Positions 35,583 through 43,947 of a stretch of 64,000 bases of DNA are shown here, piece after piece; within the stretch, counting starts at the first letter, position 1, and each line of letters opens with the position of its first letter. The position numbers and the translations under genes are program-made. The notes beneath the pieces are model-generated. The model made no database searches, was not told where the DNA came from, and saw only the letters and a list, made by a program, of their open reading frames with translations. This DNA is from a virus. The stretch lies in the IMG/VR virus record IMGVR_UViG_3300045988_130116. The stretch is one strand, 5' to 3'.

Positions 35583-36587
35583 TTAAAATGGCACTTCGTC
35601 TTCGGCTACTTCTACTTCTTCGCCTTCTACTTCTTCGCCTTTTTCTTTTTTAATATCGTCTACTTTTTCTTGAAGTTTTTCAATTCTTTCATCTATTGCT
35701 TGGTGCATCAATTCTATATAATGAGAAGTGAATGGGAAGTCCTCTTGACTAGGAACAGTATAGCAAAATTCTTCTTCTTCTCCTTCTTCAAGGTCGTCAT
35801 ATACTGGTTTTATATATTCATTATTGTCGTCTAAAGTCATAATTGGAGCAGAACAATTAGTTAATTCAAAATAAGTTTCAATTTGAACCCTATTTTTAAC
35901 TGATTTACCTATACCTCTGCTTTTCTTAGCTTTAGCTACAGATTTAATAAAATCAAATTCTATATAAAGTATGTCTCCTACTTTAAGTTCTTCTTTAATA
36001 TATTCGGCATATTCTTCATTGTGAGTTCTTATTTTCATTATAAATCCATTTACTTTATCTTCTTTTTCTTCCTCATTATAATAAGCATAATTATTAACCA
36101 ATACATTTAGTTCTAAAGCATTACCATCAATATCAGTTACATCTTCATAACCTTCAAGCATACAATAAATCATACCTTTAGAGCCTTTAGTAATAGGGAA
36201 TTTACTATCTTCTTGAGTGGTACAGAATACTCCCCCTACTCTAGTTCCTCTGTCAACAAGCTCTCCTTCTTTAGTAACATATTTATTTTCGTCAAATTTA
36301 ACTAAACAGTTAACTATTTCTCCTTCTCCGTCATCTTCAACTGTTCTACACTCTGAATAAAGTTTTTTCATTTTAGCATATGTTTTATTTGTATTTCCAT
36401 TACCAGAGTATTTCCTAATAAAGAAATCAACATCAGTTGACTTCCCTTCTTCTGTTTCAACTTCCATAACAAATCTAATGGCTTCATCTTTTTTACCTTT
36501 ATTAGTTATTGCTCCGTTTTTAATTGCTAAAACTTCACCATTTACATATCCTTCGGAATATCTCACTCTTTTCTCTTTATCTGCCAT
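35583..36587 (-). CDS. SSB-like protein (acidic tail ending EDEVPF)
   Basis: The C-terminus GEEVEGEEVEVAEDEVPF mimics the D-D-D-I-P-F tip of bacterial SSBs. Sits next to ERF. The OB fold cannot be verified by eye. Confidence 0.5.
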   Translation of the reverse strand: MADKEKRVRYSEGYVNGEVLAIKNGAITNKGKKDEAIRFVMEVETEEGKSTDVDFFIRKYSGNGNTNKTYAKMKKLYSECRTVEDDGEGEIVNCLVKFDENKYVTKEGELVDRGTRVGGVFCTTQEDSKFPITKGSKGMIYCMLEGYEDVTDIDGNALELNVLVNNYAYYNEEEKEDKVNGFIMKIRTHNEEYAEYIKEELKVGDILYIEFDFIKSVAKAKKSRGIGKSVKNRVQIETYFELTNCSAPIMTLDDNNEYIKPVYDDLEEGEEEEFCYTVPSQEDFPFTSHYIELMHQAIDERIEKLQEKVDDIKKEKGEEVEGEEVEVAEDEVPF

Positions 36588-36618
36588 ATTATCATTCTCC
36601 TTTCATATTTACATTTTA

Positions 36619-36647
36619 ATTATATCATATTTTAATAATGTTGTCAA
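36619..36647 (-). promoter_or_regulatory. sigma-A promoter (family copy)
   Basis: TTGACAACATTATTAAAATATGATATAAT. Confidence 0.75.
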
Positions 36648-36650
36648 GTA

Positions 36651-37061
36651 CTATTCACAAGATTTTTCAATTTCTTTTTCTATTATCTTTTTAGCCATTC
36701 TTAATTTACAAAGTTTATACCCTTTATTAACATCAAAAGTGTCACTAGGGTGGACTTTTGAGGACACTTTACCATAAGTAGGAGACTCCATCACCACCAT
36801 TTCTCTGTTATATCTCCACTTAACAGGGACTTTTTTATTGGCTATATTAATTACATCTGTTCTCCAATCTGTCCAAGCTATTGTGAACAGTTTATCTACC
36901 ATATCTCTATCTACTAACATAAGTTCTATAGAATTCCCCTTTTTTAAGGCTAATTCATACCCACTACAATGATTAAGCGTTTCTACCATTTTGAAATCAT
37001 ATAATACATATGTTTCTTTAGTAATAACATTTACTAATTTATCACCATGTTTAAATTTCAT
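36651..37061 (-). CDS. hypothetical protein (136 aa)
   Basis: Track ORF. No motif recognised. Confidence 0.6.
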   Translation of the reverse strand: MKFKHGDKLVNVITKETYVLYDFKMVETLNHCSGYELALKKGNSIELMLVDRDMVDKLFTIAWTDWRTDVINIANKKVPVKWRYNREMVVMESPTYGKVSSKVHPSDTFDVNKGYKLCKLRMAKKIIEKEIEKSCE

Positions 37062-37094
37062 ATTATTATCTCCTTTCGCCTTTTCTATATTTAT

Positions 37095-37123
37095 ATTATA
37101 CCATATTTTAATAATGTTGTCAA
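37095..37123 (-). promoter_or_regulatory. sigma-A promoter (family copy)
   Basis: TTGACAACATTATTAAAATATGGTATAAT. Confidence 0.75.
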
Positions 37124-37125
37124 CC

Positions 37126-38274
37126 CTATTTAAATAAGTTTTTAAAAATATTTTCTAATACCGGAACGGCAATACTATTACCTATTTGTTTATATAATTG
37201 GGTGTCAGAGGTTGGTACATTTTTGGCTTTATAAAAATCATCATCTTCAAATCCCATTAGTCTCCAACATTCAAGTGGAGTTAATCTTCTGATTTTAAAG
37301 TTAGTAACAACTTCTCCATCTATTACCAAAGGTTGTCTCCACCCTCCTTGCATAGTGTCTAAAGTAGGAGATATAAATTCTTTATCATAAATACTTCCTG
37401 CTTGATGTCTTCTATCACCCTCATCAAATACCCCACCTAATCTAACTGGAGAAACTTCTATAATCTGTTTAGGTTGCTTATAATCTCTCGCAGAAAGAGT
37501 TGAGATACATTTATTGGGATTATATACCCAAGCAGAGGTACAATTGCGATATTTAACATTACCATTTTCATCGCATGGGTGTAGAGCAGTTGTCCCTAAA
37601 ACCTCTAAGCATTCATTATTTAATCTATCTTGAGGGAATTTAAAAAATCTATCTTGCATTTCTTGAGATAAATAATATTTGTCTTCAACTGAATCTTCTA
37701 ATATATCTTTAAGTTTTAATTCTAATGGAAATCCTTGAGGAAATTCAAAAGTATGCTCATCATCTAATATGCTAACAACATAAATACGTTCTCTATTTTG
37801 AGGTAACCCAAAATCTTTTGCATTTAATATCTTATAATAAGAAGTATATCCAACTTCTTTTAAATCTTCTATATATTGATTAAAATTATGTATATGTTTT
37901 TTACTTATTACGTTTTTAACATTTTCCCAAACAACATATTTGGGTTTAACTTTTTTAATTATATCTACACTGTACCACATAAGACTACTTTGTGTTCCAC
38001 TCCCTTTATCTCCTCCTTTACCTTTACCAGCCACAGAGAAGCTAGTGCAAGGTGACCCATGTACGATAATATCAATATTTTAAGGTAATAACTCTACATC
38101 TATTGAACTTACATCACCTAAATTTAAATTCTCACCTACTCCATGTATTGCACAGTAACTTTTAATTGCAAATTTATCTATCTCACTAAATCCAACTAAA
38201 TCATAATCCACATTAGCATTTTTAAGTGCTTTTTCAAATGCACCTATCCCACTAAAAAGACTAAGTAATTTCAT
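37126..38274 (-). pseudogene. dcm: C5-cytosine DNA methyltransferase interrupted by a single in-frame TAA
   Basis: Motif I LFSGIGAF, ..DVELLP, TAA (38080-38082), NIDIIVHGSPCTSFS (motif IV PC), ENVKNV (VI), QNRERIY (VIII), GNSIAVPV (X). The two track ORFs (38080..38304 and 37126..38034) share one frame. Confidence 0.85.
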
Positions 38275-38297
38275 AACATCACTCCTTTTTAATAGTG

Positions 38298-38324
38298 TTG
38301 TCAAGGGGACAATCCCCTCGACAA
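38298..38324. repeat. GC-rich palindrome carrying a promoter-family -35 half
   Basis: TTGTCAAGGGGA-CAA-TCCCCTCGACAA (12-bp arms, 1 mismatch). The minus strand reads CTTGACAACACTATTAAAA and then runs straight into SD AGGAG of dcm (no -10). Overlaps the endonuclease stop. Confidence 0.7.
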
Positions 38325-39527
38325 GTTATTTAAAATTTCTTCTATATTTTCATAATTATAATACCAAATTTCCAACAATTCGATATTATTATCTTTTGCA
38401 TATTTTTTCTTTCTTCTATCATGCTCTTTTTGTATTTCAAAATCTAACTTTGATTGATGAAACCCTTTTATAAATTTCTCATGTTGTTTCCCTTGATATT
38501 CTATTAATAAATTATATTGAGGCAAATAAAAATCATAAGAAAGATTTCCATTTCCTATTCCTGTTAAATATTTAAAAGTTTTTTGCGATACAAATTCTAT
38601 ATTATTATCTGTTAAATATTTATTAATTTTTTGTTCTCCTTTGCTAGAAGTACAATTTCTACATTTCATAGAACGGTTCTTTGATACTACAGTCTCTAAA
38701 GCTGTTTCAAATTCCTCTCCACAATCTTCGCAATAAAATCTAAATTTTTTCCTACTTTTAGGGGCAACTTCAAAAGGAGATTTTGTATTAGATTTACTCC
38801 AGTATTTAGCTTTTTGAGGATATAAATAACCAAATGAATCTTTTGGGTGAATTTTTGCCTTATGACAATAAGAACATCTTTTACCACTATGAAATTTATC
38901 ACAACTAATTCTATATCCTCCGCTGTCATTATGATATTTTTTATTCTGACATAGTATCCATATCTTCTTCATACTTCTAGGAGCTAACTCCCAAGGGTTT
39001 AAAGTGTTTTTAGGACTCCAATACTTAGTTAAAAAATCTTCTCCAAATGTATTTATGCCCCATTGAGCAAAGGAATCTTTAGGATGTACTTTCATTTTAT
39101 GACAATAAGAACATCTTTTACCACTATGAAAATGATTACAACTAACCTTATAACTCCCATGATAATCTTTTTTATCACATTTAATCCAAACCTTAATATT
39201 TTTACTTTTACTTATTAAATAAGGATTAACAACATTCTTTTCCCAATCCCAATATTTATTTAAAGGTTCTTTTAACTCTTGTTGAATATAGTATGCAAAA
39301 CTATTTTCATATTTATTACAACAATTTGAACAGTTTGCTCCTTTCTTAAAAGTAGCTTTATCTATATCGTATTCTTTTCCACAATATAAACATTTTACTC
39401 TAATATATATAGATTTTTTATTTTTATTTCTATTATCTAATGTTACTTCATTTCGATTATAACTTCCTATATATTTATATTCTTTTCTATTTATTAATTC
39501 TTCTTCGTGTTTTTTATTATAATACAT
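38301..39527 (-). CDS. free-standing homing-endonuclease-like protein (three Zn-ribbon repeats + restriction-endonuclease-like domain)
   Basis: Paralogue of 33056..34039 with one extra W..KN..P..KIWILC..CSYC unit. C-terminal GEQKINKYL..IEFVSQK..DFYLPQYNLLIEYQGKQHE. Confidence 0.7.
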   Translation of the reverse strand: MYYNKKHEEELINRKEYKYIGSYNRNEVTLDNRNKNKKSIYIRVKCLYCGKEYDIDKATFKKGANCSNCCNKYENSFAYYIQQELKEPLNKYWDWEKNVVNPYLISKSKNIKVWIKCDKKDYHGSYKVSCNHFHSGKRCSYCHKMKVHPKDSFAQWGINTFGEDFLTKYWSPKNTLNPWELAPRSMKKIWILCQNKKYHNDSGGYRISCDKFHSGKRCSYCHKAKIHPKDSFGYLYPQKAKYWSKSNTKSPFEVAPKSRKKFRFYCEDCGEEFETALETVVSKNRSMKCRNCTSSKGEQKINKYLTDNNIEFVSQKTFKYLTGIGNGNLSYDFYLPQYNLLIEYQGKQHEKFIKGFHQSKLDFEIQKEHDRRKKKYAKDNNIELLEIWYYNYENIEEILNNLSRGLSP

Positions 39528-39565
39528 ACAATTTATTTCCCACCTTATTCCCTGCCCTTTATTTA

Positions 39566-40039
39566 TTACTTATAATAAATTACATAGCAAGTTCTTTTCT
39601 TTACTCCCATATTATTAACTCTTCTATAATATCTTTTATTACTTTCGCCTTTAATTCTAGGAACATATATATCTAATTTGAAAGGGGTGTTTAATTTTCT
39701 GCCTCCCCTATCAGCCACTTTTTTCATACCATAGCCTTCGATATATATGTTTCTTCCTAATGCCCAATAATTATTTGCTATTGTCTTACTATTTAGTTTT
39801 CCTAAAGAACCATAACCTGCATAGCCACCATTTTCACTAGCCAAAGAAGTATAATGGTATATTTTACAAGTAATTTTTCTTACCTTTCTAACTTTCTTTC
39901 CTGTTCTTTGAGTCCAATATTTAGTGCTTGTTTTTGAATAAGCATCTATATAACTGTCCGAGGGACAATAACCTATACTTCCAAGCACTACTCCTATCGC
40001 TAATCCTACTGCTAATATTTTCTTTTTAATTCTTCTCAT
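39566..40039 (-). CDS. secreted/anchored 3D-domain-like protein
   Basis: N-terminal hydrophobic signal (ILAVGLAIGVVLGSIGY). C-terminal NIYIEGYGMKKVADRGG..KLDIYV resembles the 3D (MltA-like) domain. Confidence 0.55.
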   Translation of the reverse strand: MRRIKKKILAVGLAIGVVLGSIGYCPSDSYIDAYSKTSTKYWTQRTGKKVRKVRKITCKIYHYTSLASENGGYAGYGSLGKLNSKTIANNYWALGRNIYIEGYGMKKVADRGGRKLNTPFKLDIYVPRIKGESNKRYYRRVNNMGVKKRTCYVIYYK

Positions 40040-40091
40040 TTAATCACCTCTATAAATTTATTTTCCCACCCACCAATCCCATAATACTTAT

Positions 40092-40649
40092 CTATCTTTT
40101 TACATTTCTTAACTCATTAATTACATCATCAAAGAAGTCATTCATTCCTGTTTCTGACACTCTAATTACGCCAAAAGGAGTTACAAAGCGTTGCATATCT
40201 TTTTTATCAGATTTTTTAGATTCACCAACAAGTCTAACACTATTTTCTGTATGATTACAAATCATTTCTTTCCCATCAGTCATTAATATAACTCCGCTTT
40301 TAGGTTCAAATAATACAAATTTTGCTTTTTTCCATGTATCATTACCTACAGAAAATTCAACATCTGTTCCTAATTCTATTTTACTCCAGTCAGTCTTACT
40401 TTCTTCTTTTTCTCTATCCCATACTAATTTACCAACTTCATTAAATACTTTCATTATATCTTTTTTACTATCAAGTTTATGATTCATTTTTTTATCGTAT
40501 TCATTGTTAAAGGCTTTAAAGTATATATCCTTACCTTCTTTTAAAGGCTCTCTTATTGCCATTATATCTCCATTAAATATAAAGTATTTTTCGTTTGCCT
40601 TTTCTTCTCTTAATACCACTCTAAAATTTCTTCCATAAGTTTCTATCAT
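40092..40649 (-). CDS. family A paralogue (185 aa)
   Basis: EKYFIFNGDIMAIRE and DIMKVFNEVGKLVWDREKEESKTDWSKIELGTDVEF. Confidence 0.65.
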   Translation of the reverse strand: MIETYGRNFRVVLREEKANEKYFIFNGDIMAIREPLKEGKDIYFKAFNNEYDKKMNHKLDSKKDIMKVFNEVGKLVWDREKEESKTDWSKIELGTDVEFSVGNDTWKKAKFVLFEPKSGVILMTDGKEMICNHTENSVRLVGESKKSDKKDMQRFVTPFGVIRVSETGMNDFFDDVINELRNVKR

Positions 40650-40683
40650 ACTATCACCTATCCCTTTCTTTATTATACTTATA

Positions 40684-40712
40684 TTATATCATAAACTCAT
40701 ATTGTTGTCAAG
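40684..40712 (-). promoter_or_regulatory. sigma-A promoter (family copy, GAGTTT spacer subtype)
   Basis: TTGACAACAATATGAGTTTATGATATAAT. ~60 bp including flanks is identical to the copy at 53790. Confidence 0.75.
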
Positions 40713-40890
40713 TGTTTTTTGAAAATTTTTCCATTTATTTTAAATCATTAATATTAAATGAAAAATCTTTACACTTATCTCTAAGATTGACAATTCTAAT
40801 TAATGGTCTGTTTTTTATGCAATATCCTTTAGTGATTTTATCCCTACTTCTAAATCTTATGAAATAATCACACATCCAACATCTTTGCAT
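40690..40890 (-). CDS. small Cys-containing protein (66 aa) absent from the ORF track
   Basis: ATG 40890 after AGGTGATAAT: MQRCWMCDYFIRFRSRDKITKGYCIKNRPLIRIVNLRDKCKDFSFNINDLNKWKNFQKTLDNNMSL*. No internal stop in my hand translation. The C-terminal 10 codons run through the promoter. Confidence 0.45.
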
Positions 40891-40899
40891 ATTATCACC

Positions 40900-41427
40900 T
40901 TAATAACATTCTTCTTCAAAAGAATCAAAATATAGTTGCCCATCTATTATACCTGCCCAGGCATAACAGTTTATATCACAACCAGGAGAATGGAACCCTC
41001 CTATGTATTGGAGTTTCAAATCTACGTTAAATTTTTTATTAACAAGGTCAATAACATCATCTATTGTTTCAACCTCATCTAATATATAATCACAAATTCT
41101 TCCGTCTTCCCTGTCTAAAAATCTTTCTACCCAATTTTTTACTTTTTCAAGTTTATTAGGAACTTTTTCTACAAGCACCCATTTTTTAGTTAAAACAGGT
41201 ATTTGACAAACTTCATTACATTCTATTATATCATCAGAATACTCAAATGGTGCTTCGTTTTGGCTTTCAGAAAGTCCTTCACTATATTCTGCTCTATAAT
41301 ATATTCCTTCATGTTCAAATATCATAGCCTTATGACTACTCCACCTACTTTGCCCTATTTCAAATATGTCTTTGTAATCTCCGTTCCATAACCTTTCTTG
41401 TAAATCAACTTTTTTAAACTCTTTCAT
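40900..41427 (-). CDS. hypothetical protein (175 aa)
   Basis: Track ORF. No motif recognised. Confidence 0.6.
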   Translation of the reverse strand: MKEFKKVDLQERLWNGDYKDIFEIGQSRWSSHKAMIFEHEGIYYRAEYSEGLSESQNEAPFEYSDDIIECNEVCQIPVLTKKWVLVEKVPNKLEKVKNWVERFLDREDGRICDYILDEVETIDDVIDLVNKKFNVDLKLQYIGGFHSPGCDINCYAWAGIIDGQLYFDSFEEECY

Positions 41428-41448
41428 ATCACCACTCCTTATATTTAT

Positions 41449-41477
41449 ATTATACTACTTTCTAATAGTATTGTCAA
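41449..41477 (-). promoter_or_regulatory. sigma-A promoter (family copy, divergent spacer)
   Basis: TTGACAATACTATTAGAAAGTAGTATAAT. Confidence 0.65.
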
Positions 41478-41487
41478 GTGTTATTTG

Positions 41488-42126
41488 TTAAAATCTACTA
41501 TGTTCTAATGTCCCTTCTGATTGTAGTAGTTCTTGAAGTTTATTTATAACCTTTTCATCTTCTACTCTAAACGATACTATCTCATCTTTACTCCCTTTAA
41601 CGGGGAAAAGTACTGTTGGGCATCTATCTGTCTTTCTAAAAGGCAAAGACTTAGGCTCTTTTTTATCTATAGAAAGCGTTTTGATTTTCTTGTTTTTAAG
41701 TCTTACAGCCTTGCTAGTGCGATTATAAATTATACCCTTTTTAGTAACTATTTTTATGTTATTATTTGCTTTTTCATAAAATACAAATTTTGCATCATTC
41801 CATTTATTATTTTCAAAATACTCAACATCTTCTCCTATTTCTACTTTAGTCCAATCAGTATCTCTTTCAAATAATAAAGTATCATCTATATCATATATCT
41901 TCATAATATCTAGTAAGGGCGTTTCTTTATGATTAAATTCATCTGTATAACCATTTACACTTGCTACAACTCTACTATCATAAGGGTTAAAAAGAGATGC
42001 CTTATTTTTTAGTAGATGTAATCCTACAACCATGTCCCTTACAATATAGTAAACTTCCCTACTATCGTTTCCTTCTTTAACTCTTATTTCTACTTTCATA
42101 CCACTCTTTAAATCACTTAATTTCAT
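41488..42126 (-). CDS. family A paralogue (212 aa)
   Basis: MKLSDLKSGM.. and LLDIMKIYDIDDTLLFERDTDWTKVEIGEDVEY. Confidence 0.65.
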   Translation of the reverse strand: MKLSDLKSGMKVEIRVKEGNDSREVYYIVRDMVVGLHLLKNKASLFNPYDSRVVASVNGYTDEFNHKETPLLDIMKIYDIDDTLLFERDTDWTKVEIGEDVEYFENNKWNDAKFVFYEKANNNIKIVTKKGIIYNRTSKAVRLKNKKIKTLSIDKKEPKSLPFRKTDRCPTVLFPVKGSKDEIVSFRVEDEKVINKLQELLQSEGTLEHSRF

Positions 42127-42159
42127 TTTATCACCCCTTGTTTATTTTTATTTTATATT

Positions 42160-42381
42160 TTATTTATTAGTTTCTTTTAGTCCCATCAGAAATTCTAATT
42201 CCATTAAAATTTTTTCATTACATTTATCACAAATAAAATAGGAGTCTTTTATATCAGTATTCAATTTTAAAAAATTTATTTCTTCTTGTGATAATTTATC
42301 ACTAATTTTATTTAAATCAAATATACTAAAATATTCTCCACATATATCACACTTTGTATTTTTATCATAGTAATGACTCAT
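42160..42381 (-). CDS. small Zn-ribbon protein (73 aa)
   Basis: CDICGEYF..CDKCNEK. Confidence 0.6.
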   Translation of the reverse strand: MSHYYDKNTKCDICGEYFSIFDLNKISDKLSQEEINFLKLNTDIKDSYFICDKCNEKILMELEFLMGLKETNK

Positions 42382-42399
42382 TTTATCACTCCTTTTAAA

Positions 42400-42804
42400 T
42401 TATTTATAGACACACTCCGCCCAATACTCAAATCCTGATAAATCTTCTGATAATGTTTTATGTCTGAATGGAGCAGGAACACAACAAACAAATATTCTTT
42501 CAACCCATTCATCCTGTTTTGAATTTCTTACTCTAACTTGTGTTCCTGCGGGAGCAGGATTCCAAATTTCATTTCTTACCCAAATAGGAGTTCCTTCTGA
42601 ATCCTTTATTATCATTATATCTTTTGTTTTAAGTTCTTTATTTGTAAAATCATCATTATAGTGACCAAGAATATTTATAGCACTTCCAACAAATTTAAGA
42701 GTTAAACCTTTTTCTCTTATATAACAAGCTCTTTCAACTATATAATACTTATCACCATTTCTTAATGTAAAACCCATTCCACTTTTTATATCTTGTTTAT
42801 TCAT
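42400..42804 (-). CDS. family A paralogue (134 aa, short form)
   Basis: MNKQDIKSGMGF.. and KDIMIIKDSEGTPIWVRNEIWNPAPAGTQVRV. Confidence 0.65.
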   Translation of the reverse strand: MNKQDIKSGMGFTLRNGDKYYIVERACYIREKGLTLKFVGSAINILGHYNDDFTNKELKTKDIMIIKDSEGTPIWVRNEIWNPAPAGTQVRVRNSKQDEWVERIFVCCVPAPFRHKTLSEDLSGFEYWAECVYK

Positions 42805-43064
42805 TATTTATCCACCTTTACCTTTCCATTAGAATCATATACAGGAGACATAATCGCTTTATTATCTCTTATCCCTATATAATAATGCACACCTGTTTCT
42901 TTATCTACATACTCCGATATTCTTATTCTTCGTAATCTTCCTTTATCTGCTATCTTTATAAATCCACTATCAGAATTTACGGTTTCTTCTTCCATAGATA
43001 CACAACCTATCATACTCACTCCTAGTATACATAATAAACCTAAACTAATTATTTTCTTTATCAT
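42804..43064 (-). CDS. putative lipoprotein (86 aa)
   Basis: Signal peptide with a lipobox-like SMIGC (MIKKIISLGLLCILGVSMIGC). Confidence 0.6.
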   Translation of the reverse strand: MIKKIISLGLLCILGVSMIGCVSMEEETVNSDSGFIKIADKGRLRRIRISEYVDKETGVHYYIGIRDNKAIMSPVYDSNGKVKVDK

Positions 43065-43091
43065 TTTATCGCTCCCTTTTATTTTAATATA

Positions 43092-43448
43092 TTACCACTC
43101 TTCCTTATCTTTTATATATATTATTTCTTTTTTGCTCATTTTTATTTCACTACAAGTTAAATTATCTAATTCTTCTTTAAGAAAGTCTATAAATTCTTCT
43201 TCTGTCATGTTTCTAATCTTATCATTATTTTGAGTGAATACTTTCATTATATCTGAATAACTTGGCACACTAAATGAATACGTTCCGCCAAATTCCATTT
43301 CTAAAATATTCTTTTCTAATATTATTTCCATGTAATTTGTATAATGTCCATTATATCCACAAGTGGGGCAACCACAATTATCACATATCATATCATCACA
43401 TATATCTATTATACCACCGTCTATCATTTCAACTAAATATTTGCTCAT
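43092..43448 (-). CDS. hypothetical Cys-rich protein (118 aa)
   Basis: Track ORF. CDDMICDNCGCPTCG. Confidence 0.6.
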   Translation of the reverse strand: MSKYLVEMIDGGIIDICDDMICDNCGCPTCGYNGHYTNYMEIILEKNILEMEFGGTYSFSVPSYSDIMKVFTQNNDKIRNMTEEEFIDFLKEELDNLTCSEIKMSKKEIIYIKDKEEW

Positions 43449-43449
43449 A

Positions 43450-43812
43450 TTACCACTCCTTTACATATTCTTCTATAAGAAGATTGATATAGTCTGAAAT
43501 AGAATTTATTCCTCTGAACTCATAATAAGATTTTATACTAAAACTATCTTTATCTTTTTCATTTATCATAAAAAGGCTAAGACTATTTTCGCATAACTCT
43601 ATTTCTAAATAATTATTCCCTTTCTCATATTCTAGTTGGATAGTACTAGCCCCTGTAGGGAAAACCTCGGGTTGTATTGTTAATTCTTTAAGAACTTTCT
43701 TCGTTAAATCTAAAGTTCCTTTAGGAATTGGATTAGCACCATACAAATTCCAATTTTTCTTAAAACTATACATTTCATCAACTTTATTTAAATTGTATTC
43801 TAACTTTGTCAT
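43450..43812 (-). CDS. hypothetical protein (120 aa)
   Basis: Track ORF. ATG after AAAGGAGGGG. Confidence 0.6.
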   Translation of the reverse strand: MTKLEYNLNKVDEMYSFKKNWNLYGANPIPKGTLDLTKKVLKELTIQPEVFPTGASTIQLEYEKGNNYLEIELCENSLSLFMINEKDKDSFSIKSYYEFRGINSISDYINLLIEEYVKEW

Positions 43813-43827
43813 AAATTCCCCTCCTTT

Positions 43828-43849
43828 ACCTAGTCCAAAAGGACTAGGT
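43828..43849 (-). promoter_or_regulatory. 5' UTR stem-loop abutting the SD
   Basis: mRNA read ACCTAGTCC-TTTT-GGACTAGGT (9-bp stem) ends 3 nt before AAAGGAGGGG. The leader is ~75 nt, against ~20 nt for most family promoters. Confidence 0.5.
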
Positions 43850-43889
43850 TATATTTAAAATAATATGATAAATTTATGATTATACTTAT

Positions 43890-43918
43890 ATAATATCACA
43901 TTTTAATAATGTTGTCAA
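43890..43918 (-). promoter_or_regulatory. sigma-A promoter (family copy, -10 TATTAT)
   Basis: TTGACAACATTATTAAAATGTGATATTAT. Confidence 0.65.
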
Positions 43919-43947
43919 CTATTTTTTAGGAACACCACAAGACAATT

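Noticed and set aside
16943-38082. Alternative genetic code (TAA reassigned) as the explanation for the two in-frame TAA codons
   Set aside because: TAA terminates most well-supported genes here (tailspike, parM, the ATPase, many minus-strand genes), often 1-15 nt before the next SD. TAG and TGA are also used as stops. No suppressor tRNA is seen in the window.
33442-38929. Track ORFs 33442..33693 and 38696..38929, which resemble each other
   Set aside because: They are out-of-frame shadows inside the two paralogous endonuclease-like genes. Their similarity is a by-product of the nucleotide similarity of the true frames.
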